From positions 1 through 24,600 of the forward strand of contig JBQLZK010000079.1 of the NCBI GenBank assembly GCA_052168235.1: a DNA stretch of 24,600 nt. Direction: 5' to 3'. The stretch comes from Thainema sp. GTDB lineage: Bacteria; Cyanobacteriota; Cyanobacteriia; Phormidesmidales; Phormidesmidaceae. Every line of letters starts with the position of its first letter. The first letter of the stretch is position 1. Shown here piece after piece: positions 17,773-24,600 of the stretch. Under the pieces are notes generated by a model that did not search any database, had not been told where the DNA came from, and saw only the letters and a program-made list of their open reading frames with translations. The position numbers and the translations under genes are program-made.

Positions 17773-20001
17773 TTATTCAATAATGGCGTTGGGCAAAAAC
17801 TTATGCGTGACCAGGGGCCGCAGGCTGTTGAGTCCGGCTGCGATCGCAGATCCGTTGTGAATAATGGTTGCTACCAAAGGATTCAATCCTGCTGTGGACG
17901 CTAGCCCCAGCGCGACTAGGTTGGGCACCACGACCAGCGCAATATTCTGCTCAATCAGATCGCGGGTTTCGCGAGCGATGGCGATGGCTTCTAGTAGTTC
18001 GAGCAGGTTGTTGTTCATCAGCACCACGTCGGCGGTTTCGCGGGCAATGTCGGCTCCCCGCTCAAAGGACACGGAGACATCCGCGTAGGCCAAGGCGACG
18101 GAATCATTGAGGCCATCGCCGACAAAGGCCACGGTGCGACCTGCTCGGTGCAGATCCCGCACGATTTGGGCCTTCTGATCCGGGAACGCTTCGGCATAAA
18201 CATGTTCAGGCTGAATGCTCAGTTCGTCGGCAACCTGAGCGGCTCGCTGGGGATTGTCCCCCGTCAGCAGATGCAGTTCGAGATTAAACTGTCGCTGCAG
18301 CATGTGAACCAGGCGCGTACTTTCAGGCCGCAGGGGATCAGTGAAGCCCAAAGTGCCTGCAAATCGGCCATCACAGGCCACATAGATCTGCGAGAGGATG
18401 CTGGCTTTGGGATTTGTCCAGCCGTTCCAGTCCACCTGTTGCTGATGCAGGAATCGCTCACTGCCCACCAGAACGGTGTGCCCCTCGATTTGAGCGGTCA
18501 CACCAAACCCAACGATGTAATCCCAATCGTCACGCGGGAGGAGGGACAGTCCCTGCTGCTGGGCGTGATTCACGACGGCTTCCGCTACCGGATGGGTGAG
18601 CCGCTGTTCTGCTGAGGCGGCCAGTTGCAGCAGTCGTTCGGGTGAAAGGGTGTGTGGCACAGGAGAGACATCTGCGATCGCAATTCGTCCTTCGGTCAGT
18701 GTGCCAGTCTTATCAAAGACAATCGTGTCGATTTCGGCGAGCTGCTCCAGAGTCCGACCGCTGCGCACCAGCACCCCGTGACGAGTCGTGTGGTTCAGCG
18801 CCCCTAGAAAAGCAGTGGGGATCGAAACCCGAATACCCGTGACAAAATCCAGCGTCAGGATCGCCGCCGCCCGCGCTGGATCGCTCGTAATGCCTAGGAC
18901 TAAGGTCGCTAGCAACAGCGATGGCACAATCAAGCGATCGGCAACTTTTTCCGTGTAGTTTGCCATGCGGGTATCGTAAACCGGGGCTTGCTGTAGCAGC
19001 CTCAATCCTGCTGCTGCTCGCGTATCATTGCCGACCCGTTCGGCCCGCAGGATGAGCTGTCCCGATCGCACCAGTGTGGACGCAAACACATAGCTGTCAG
19101 GCCGCGCCACAATGGGCATTGCCTCTCCGGTCAGCCCCTGCTGATCGACCGTAGCTTCTCCACCCAGCACGGTGCCATCAACCGGGATTTGCTCCCCCGG
19201 ATGAACAACTACGATATCACCCACCTGCACCTGGTCACTCGGCACCTGCCGCAGTTCGCCGCCTTCTCCCTTCACCCAGGCAAAGTGACCAATCGCATCA
19301 GCCAGCGTGGAGGAACGCACCTCTGTCGCGCGAGCTGTCTGTTCTCGAATAGCATCCCCTAGCTCATGCAGCGTAATCACCAGTGCCGGGGTTACCAGCT
19401 TGCCCTGCCAAGCACTCAGGCTCAAGGCCAACAAATCAAGACAGTCAATATTTAACCGCCGATCCTGCCAGAGGCTTTGGAAGGCTCGTTGAGCAATTGG
19501 GAAAATCGTCGTCGCCACAGTTGCTGCCGCCAAAGGCCGCAACCACCGCAAACTGGGGAACTGGCTCGCTAAGGCGAGAGCAGACGCTAATCCAGGCAGT
19601 TGTAGACCAGCCCACTGGTTATCCTGTGGAGAGGCTGTAGGGGCTGTAATTGAACCTTGTGAGGTTTCTGCTTCTGCGATCGCAGAATTATTGCTTGCCA
19701 CCGATACGGCCTGCTGAACTGCACGGTGTTCCAACTCACCCAGCAGCTCGCCCAGTCTCACCCAAAGCTGATCTGCCAGTGCGGGTTGATACTGAATCAC
19801 AACTGAACGAGCAGTTCGGTTAATGCGCAGATAAGTGATCCCTGGCGTCGTTTCGAGAGCCGCTTTCAGCCAAATCTCATGCTGATTATTGGCTCCCAGT
19901 TCTGGAACTCGTAGACGAACGCGACCGGGGAGTTGGTGGAGGATGATCCAGGTGGGGGAGAGTGGAGGAGTAGATGGGTCGGAGAGTCGGAGAGTGGACA
20001 T
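17773..20001 (-). CDS. Heavy-metal P1B-type ATPase with N-terminal HMA2-like domain (FezB/P1B-6-like variant)
   Basis: N-terminal LHQLPGRVRLRVP. Motifs LTGEA, FDKTGTLT, THPVA and GDGLNDS. TM motif LDFVTGIRVSIP replaces CPC, and the C-terminus has IIHNGSA. Confidence 0.9.
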   Translation of the reverse strand: MSTLRLSDPSTPPLSPTWIILHQLPGRVRLRVPELGANNQHEIWLKAALETTPGITYLRINRTARSVVIQYQPALADQLWVRLGELLGELEHRAVQQAVSVASNNSAIAEAETSQGSITAPTASPQDNQWAGLQLPGLASALALASQFPSLRWLRPLAAATVATTIFPIAQRAFQSLWQDRRLNIDCLDLLALSLSAWQGKLVTPALVITLHELGDAIREQTARATEVRSSTLADAIGHFAWVKGEGGELRQVPSDQVQVGDIVVVHPGEQIPVDGTVLGGEATVDQQGLTGEAMPIVARPDSYVFASTLVRSGQLILRAERVGNDTRAAAGLRLLQQAPVYDTRMANYTEKVADRLIVPSLLLATLVLGITSDPARAAAILTLDFVTGIRVSIPTAFLGALNHTTRHGVLVRSGRTLEQLAEIDTIVFDKTGTLTEGRIAIADVSPVPHTLSPERLLQLAASAEQRLTHPVAEAVVNHAQQQGLSLLPRDDWDYIVGFGVTAQIEGHTVLVGSERFLHQQQVDWNGWTNPKASILSQIYVACDGRFAGTLGFTDPLRPESTRLVHMLQRQFNLELHLLTGDNPQRAAQVADELSIQPEHVYAEAFPDQKAQIVRDLHRAGRTVAFVGDGLNDSVALAYADVSVSFERGADIARETADVVLMNNNLLELLEAIAIARETRDLIEQNIALVVVPNLVALGLASTAGLNPLVATIIHNGSAIAAGLNSLRPLVTHKFLPNAIIE

Positions 20002-20022
20002 GGGAGTGGAGGGTTTTGAATA

Positions 20023-20571
20023 TTAGGTATTGGGTGTTTCTTGTTCTGCCTGTTCAAGAATCTGCAATAACCTCATCCCCAGTTCAAGTTCTGATAGGTT
20101 GGTGCCGTCGTAACGGATGGCGATGGAGCTAGCGGCGCGGTTGATGCGGACGCCGAGGACAATATCTTGGGTCAGCAGCAGCTTTTCGAGGCGTTTGCCG
20201 AAAGCGGGTTCAGTTTGCAAGCGAGGAATGCGTAAGCGAATGCGACCGGGGACGGAGTGGACGATGGTGTAGTCTTCTTCGGCAGTTTCTGTTTTGCCGT
20301 TTGTGGACGTGGCAGCAAGGGCTGGAGTTGAAGGGGCATATCCTGCCTGCTTTTTAAGCTGCACAATGGCTTGCCGGGTAATGGCTGCGATCGCAATGTT
20401 GACTACCAGCGCACTCGCACCTCGTAGTCGTAACTGACTAGTAACGAGTAATCCGGTCAGCACTGGCAAGATAGCCGCAATTTCGCCGTATTCCTCCAAC
20501 AGATGTCCTAATTGAGAACTATTTTCAGTATTGCTAGCAGATTGAGCCTCGACTGTTGAAGATGTAATCAT
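20023..20571 (-). CDS. Membrane protein with C-terminal HMA2-like domain
   Basis: Hydrophobic IAAILPVLTGLLV..ALVVNIAIAAIT, then YTIVHSVPGRIRLRIPRL..VRINRAASSIAIRY. The domain is paralogous to the N-terminus of the adjacent ATPase, which lies 21 nt downstream. Confidence 0.8.
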   Translation of the reverse strand: MITSSTVEAQSASNTENSSQLGHLLEEYGEIAAILPVLTGLLVTSQLRLRGASALVVNIAIAAITRQAIVQLKKQAGYAPSTPALAATSTNGKTETAEEDYTIVHSVPGRIRLRIPRLQTEPAFGKRLEKLLLTQDIVLGVRINRAASSIAIRYDGTNLSELELGMRLLQILEQAEQETPNT

Positions 20572-20763
20572 TCTCGATCCTCTTGGTAGCTGGATGTCTC
20601 CAGAACTTCACTATCGATACTAAAACCTCTCGTTGCTAATTAATCTTATCTAAAAATTAATTTTGCGCAGGAATCGTGGGTTTTCTTCGCCCATCCATTG
20701 CAGTCCATTGCAGTGATGGTCTGGACAAAACGGGATCGGCAGTATCGACAAAATTGTGTACGA

Positions 20764-20779
20764 TGTATTTGGAGCTACA
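20764..20779. promoter_or_regulatory. Consensus NtcA box in the divergent intergenic region
   Basis: TGTA-TTTGGAGC-TACA (GTA-N8-TAC). Confidence 0.55.
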
Positions 20780-20826
20780 ATTAACTATATGTCTATTTGG
20801 ATATTAAGACGCACCTGGGTTCTGCC

Positions 20827-21423
20827 ATGCTAGATGACTTAGCTGCTGCCCTCTTCGAAGCGCTGCAGGATGAATACAAAGCTCGCGCCACCTATCGAGC
20901 CATCCTCAATCGGTTTGGGTCTGTTCGACCATTTATAAACATTTTGGAATCTGAGGAGCGACACATTCAAGCGTTGCTGCCTCTATTTAATCGGTACGGT
21001 ATTCCGGTGCCGGAGGATAACTGGTCTGCTCAGGTAGAAGTACCAGATTCTCTGGCTCAAGCCTGCGAGGGCGGCGTACAGGCCGAGATCGAGAATGGCG
21101 CAATGTATGAGCGGTTGTTGGCGATGACTGCGGTGTATCCCGATGTGCAGCAAGTATTTCGACAGCTCCAGCGAGCCTCCCAGCAGAATCATTTACCCGC
21201 CTTTCAGCGATGTGTAGCGCGAGCCGCTCGTCACTACGTGGAATCTGACCTAAGCGGACAGCAGCCTGCGGGTCGCTTCTGTTTAAGTCCCTCCGGCTGT
21301 GGACAGTTCGGTTCTGAAGATGAAAGCCAGAGTGAAACGCCAGTCAGAACTGGCCGAGAATGGAAACAAGGACGAAGACGCCGCCACCGTCGTGGCAACT
21401 ATGGTCAATCAAGACAGGGTTAG
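20827..21423 (+). CDS. Ferritin-like (DUF2202-like) four-helix-bundle protein
   Basis: ALQDEYKARATY..RPFINILESEERH..QAEIENGAMYERL..ASQQNHLPAFQRC gives a paired E/ExxH di-metal pattern, followed by an Arg-rich tail. ATG 20827 is preferred over TTG 20797. Confidence 0.8.
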   Translation: MLDDLAAALFEALQDEYKARATYRAILNRFGSVRPFINILESEERHIQALLPLFNRYGIPVPEDNWSAQVEVPDSLAQACEGGVQAEIENGAMYERLLAMTAVYPDVQQVFRQLQRASQQNHLPAFQRCVARAARHYVESDLSGQQPAGRFCLSPSGCGQFGSEDESQSETPVRTGREWKQGRRRRHRRGNYGQSRQG

Positions 21424-21608
21424 GTTTCAAACCTGTAAATAGCGTGAGTGATAGGCGCGATGCACCCCACCCACCCACACCATTTACAGATCTAGATTCA
21501 GCAATCAAGACAGGACTGACACTACCGGATTTTTGGTAAGTTAAGAATTCCTGCGCATCCAACGCTTGATGATCAGTGGTCAACAAAGGGTGATAGGATA
21601 CGCTAACC

Positions 21609-21796
21609 TTATCGGTTCTAGTGGAGATCAGCCACTAGAGGAAACGGGGAAAGTGCAGTGAAAATCTGCCGCTGTCCCGCAGCTGTAAGCCAATTTTAGA
21701 TTGCTGATTTTAGATTTTAGATTGAGTCATTAGCCTCTATTCCAAAATCCAAAATCCAAAATCCAAAGTTGTGTAAGTCAGAATGCCCGCCGATAA
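21609..21796 (+). ncRNA. Cobalamin (B12) riboswitch
   Basis: P1 pairing TTATCGG (21609-21615) with CCGATAA (21790-21796). Conserved blocks CGGTTC..AACGGGGAAAGT-GCAG-TGAAAAT-CTGC-CGCTGTCCCGCAGCTGTAA and the B12-box AAGTCAGAATGCCCGCC. Located upstream of cobW. Confidence 0.92.
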
Positions 21797-22206
21797 ATGG
21801 TTGATGTTCTATACCATCTGCGAGGTACGGATGATGACTGCTTTAGTATTGTTTGGGTCGCGATTCTGTTGTTTTAGGAGCGTCGTTACAAAGCTCCAAA
21901 GGCAGGAATGGGGCTAGCCGACTGTGCTGCTGCCCTAACCATTGGTTTTGAGTCTTGGTGAGCCAGTTGTTTTGCAGGAAGCTCGCCTGATTTGCACTGA
22001 TCATGTTTGTGCTAACCGCAATGTACGCATAATGTGCGATATCACAGCCCATAGTTACAACACTTATGAGGTCAGTGCTGAGGACTGAGTGAAATACAAT
22101 TCGCTGTCCTAACTCTGCTGCAATCAGTTGATCTCACTGCTGAATGTAAATACGAACGAAGAACCCAGTCTGCTGGTTGGTTAATTCAAATATTAGGAGC
22201 TATTTC

Positions 22207-23265
22207 ATGCACAAAATACCTGTTACCGTTGTCACTGGTTTCTTGGGATCTGGTAAAACCACCCTGGTTAGGCACCTGCTGCAAAATAATCAGGGTCGGC
22301 GTATTGCTGTATTAGTGAATGAATTTGGTGAAGTTGGCATTGATGGCGAAATTCTGAAAACGTGCCAGGTGTGCGACGACGATGAGAACTCTACCGCTGA
22401 GCCAAACACCAATATCTTAGAGCTAGCTAATGGCTGTCTTTGCTGCACCGTTCAGGAAGAGTTTTTGCCCACGATGCAAGAACTGCTGAAGCGACGGGAT
22501 GAAATTGATTGCATTGTGATTGAAACTTCGGGTCTAGCGCTCCCTAAACCTTTAATTCAGGCGTTTCGCTGGCCTGAAATTCGAACTGGAGCAACGGTAG
22601 ACGGGGTGGTCACGGTTGTCGATGGCGATGCCCTCGCTCAGGGACAAGTTGTGGGAGATCTGGAAGCGCTGGAAGCTCAGCGGCAGACGGATGACAGTTT
22701 AGAGCATGAAACCCCAATTGAAGAACTCTTTGAGGATCAATTGGCCTGTGCCGACATGGTGCTCCTGAGCAAAACGGATAGGATGACCAGGGAAAGTTGC
22801 GATCGCATCCAGCAGTGGCTGCAGCAACAGGTTCCCGCCGGGATCAAAGTTGTCCCCTGCAATCACGGTGAAATTAGCCCAGACATCCTGCTCGGCTTCA
22901 ATGCTGCGGTGGAAGACAACCTCGACAGTCGCCCCAGCCACCACGATACCGAGGAAGACCACGAGCACGATGACGATATCAACTCTGTCTATGTGGAACT
23001 AGAGCAAGCCTTTGATCCAGAGGGACTCATCGATCGCCTGCAAGCCTTGGTGCAGCAGCAGGAAATTTATCGCATTAAAGGCTTTGTCGCGGTTCCAGGT
23101 AAAGCTATGCGGCTGGTGCTGCAGGGGGTCGGACAGCGATTTGACAAGTTTTACGACCGCCCTTGGCAACCTGCTGAATCCCGCAAGACCCAATTGGTCT
23201 TTATCGGTCATGCCTTAGATGCAGACAAGATTAATACCGCGATCGCAGCCCAAATCGCAGCCTGA
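22207..23265 (+). CDS. cobW: Cobalamin biosynthesis protein CobW (COG0523 GTPase)
   Basis: KIPVTVVTGFLGSGKTT, VNEFGEVGIDG, ELANGCLCCTVQEEF, IETSGLALPKPL, a His/acidic patch SHHDTEEDHEHDDD, and YRIKGF. AGGAG precedes ATG 22207. Confidence 0.95.
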   Translation: MHKIPVTVVTGFLGSGKTTLVRHLLQNNQGRRIAVLVNEFGEVGIDGEILKTCQVCDDDENSTAEPNTNILELANGCLCCTVQEEFLPTMQELLKRRDEIDCIVIETSGLALPKPLIQAFRWPEIRTGATVDGVVTVVDGDALAQGQVVGDLEALEAQRQTDDSLEHETPIEELFEDQLACADMVLLSKTDRMTRESCDRIQQWLQQQVPAGIKVVPCNHGEISPDILLGFNAAVEDNLDSRPSHHDTEEDHEHDDDINSVYVELEQAFDPEGLIDRLQALVQQQEIYRIKGFVAVPGKAMRLVLQGVGQRFDKFYDRPWQPAESRKTQLVFIGHALDADKINTAIAAQIAA

Positions 23266-23565
23266 TTGGTAGGTGCATTCCTATCCAATCTGTTTCTTAT
23301 CTAATCTATTTATCTGATCTGTGAGGTGTTTACGAATATGAGGAACACTCGAAGGGGATCGCAGATGCCGGCTTGGGTCATGCATGACATCGGCTAGAGG
23401 ATTGAATTGTTAGGAGAGCCACTGGCAAGCTATAACGAACGAGAAGTGGATGCCAAACTAGCCAATCTCAAAGCGGCTATGGAAGGTTAATCTGACAACG
23501 GAGAGTTGAATTTCGCAAGGGATATCTCTATGCCTCATTTTTAGGTAAATAACGGCTGCCTCCAT

Positions 23566-23594
23566 AATAAACCTCAACCCTGTTGAGGTTTATT
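23566..23594. terminator. Perfect 13-bp hairpin between convergent genes
   Basis: AATAAACCTCAAC-CCT-GTTGAGGTTTATT. Confidence 0.65.
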
Positions 23595-23709
23595 TGGAAT
23601 CTTCCTGATGGTTGCAATAATATTATTACTAATGGTTCTGCTAGAAATTAGAATTGCTACTTGAGCCTATTTTCTAATAGATGGAGTCGCAATTTATTGC
23701 AGTCGCTTT

Positions 23710-24549
23710 CTACCTTAAGTGGTCAGTTCTAGTTAAATGATTAACTGCATGATTGTAGCGCTCCTCAATTAATTCCTGATCATGTTTTTGGGATAGTCCC
23801 TCATAGCTACTCTGCAACATCACATCAGCTTGCTTTTGCAATACAAAGCGATCATGAGCATGACGAGTCCGTAAGGCAATTTGTGCGATCGCATCCAGTA
23901 AACGCATCATCACAGCTACATCAGATTTGCCATAGTGCCGAATTTGATTAAATGCGATATTCACCAAATGCTCAAACGTCACAGGTTCAGCAATGACACG
24001 TAGCTCACCCTCCTCGTCATAACGGTAGCAGGATGGAAATTCACGCTCTGCTAAGCTGGACAGCCCAGCGCTCAGACGATCGATACATCGAATAGCAGTA
24101 AATGGGTCATTAATACCAGGGGAAAGCGCTCGCAGCGCAATTTCAACTAATTGGTCAAGAGGAAATTCAATATCTTGCTGCTCCGTTCGCTCTCTACCCA
24201 AGAGAAAGGCATCATTAATTTGATTCGCTAGATCCTGGTTTACCCGCGTTTCTGGATAAGCCAACACTATCGTATTATCTTTAGCCACAAATTTCCCTGG
24301 TCGAAATTTGAGCTGTATCAGTAGATTATGTTGACAAGCAATCTTCAACAGTCGCGGATCATCAATTGTTTGTAGGTAGCCAGTTGTCGTTGATTGAACT
24401 GGGCAAACTCGGAGCTTAAAATCTTGAGGAATTTCTGCAACGCTTCGCTTCTTTTCAGGTTTACTCTGCCCAATTTTTTCTGGAAACAGCCGCTCAATGG
24501 CGTTGTCTAAATCATTCACAACGTCAGCGATCACATGAGAAGCTTGAAT
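23710..24549 (-). pseudogene. DUF2254-like predicted membrane protein, C-terminal part only (5' end cut by an IS)
   Basis: Motifs IQASHVI.., GYLQTID, GRERTEQQDIEFPLDQLVEIALRALSPGINDPFTAIRCIDRL and AFNQIRHYG. The N-terminal membrane half is missing, and an in-frame TAA lies at 24591-24589 inside the IS-like sequence. Confidence 0.8.
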
Positions 24550-24550
24550 A

Positions 24551-24600
24551 TAGCGGTTCTCATTCGAATGAGGTACAGTAGCAGTCGTTTATGAACCAGT
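24551..24600. mobile_element. Probable IS630-family terminal inverted repeat at a TA target
   Basis: TA|TAGCGGTTCTCATTCGAATGAGGTACA starts exactly where the DUF2254-like homology stops. The TA-TAGCGG end resembles cyanobacterial IS630 termini. Internal palindrome CTCATTCGAATGAG. Confidence 0.65.

Larger units (their letters stand above)
500..23892. repeat. HIP1 octamer GCGATCGC dispersed across the window
   Basis: At least 25 copies counted by eye (e.g. at about 500, 1111, 6925, 11243, 16984, 23885). This is a known cyanobacterial genome signature. Confidence 0.95.

Noticed and set aside
17695..17904. Plus-strand 69-aa ORF
   Set aside because: It has a TTG start, overlaps the ATPase 3' end in antisense and shows no recognisable features.
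21843..22052. Minus-strand 69-aa ORF in the cobW leader
   Set aside because: It is antisense to the riboswitch transcript, with no motif or clear SD sequence.
1..24600. A single composite transposon spanning the window
   Set aside because: The two IS-like ends are unrelated in sequence and appear to belong to different families, so they are not a matched pair.

Overview
Cyanobacterial DNA, judged from at least 25 copies of the HIP1 octamer GCGATCGC and typical cyanobacterial short repeats. The window is a metal-homeostasis region. In order it holds: a broken EamA transporter; a decayed ABC exporter; an NAD(P)-binding reductase; a P2-type cation ATPase; an alpha/beta-hydrolase-fold protein; a molybdate module (XRE-HTH/molybdate-binding regulator divergent from mop-modA-modBC); an iron block; a cobalamin riboswitch upstream of cobW; and a DUF2254-like gene cut by an IS end. 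The iron block has a double-domain feoA, feoB, feoC and ferritin, followed by two small DUF5132-like membrane proteins, a Cys-less P1B ATPase, an HMA2-domain membrane protein and a DUF2202-like ferritin-fold protein. The most interesting candidate system is this iron block. Its gene content resembles ferrosome (fez) iron-storage-organelle clusters, but the ATPase has a variant transmembrane motif (DFVTG / HNGSA). Other notable items are an exact 117-bp in-frame duplication in modA, an NtcA-type promoter overlapped by a candidate operator before mop, repeat-expanded hairpins (one inside the riboswitch), and probable IS ends truncating genes at both window edges. All family assignments come from motif recognition by eye; no searches were run.
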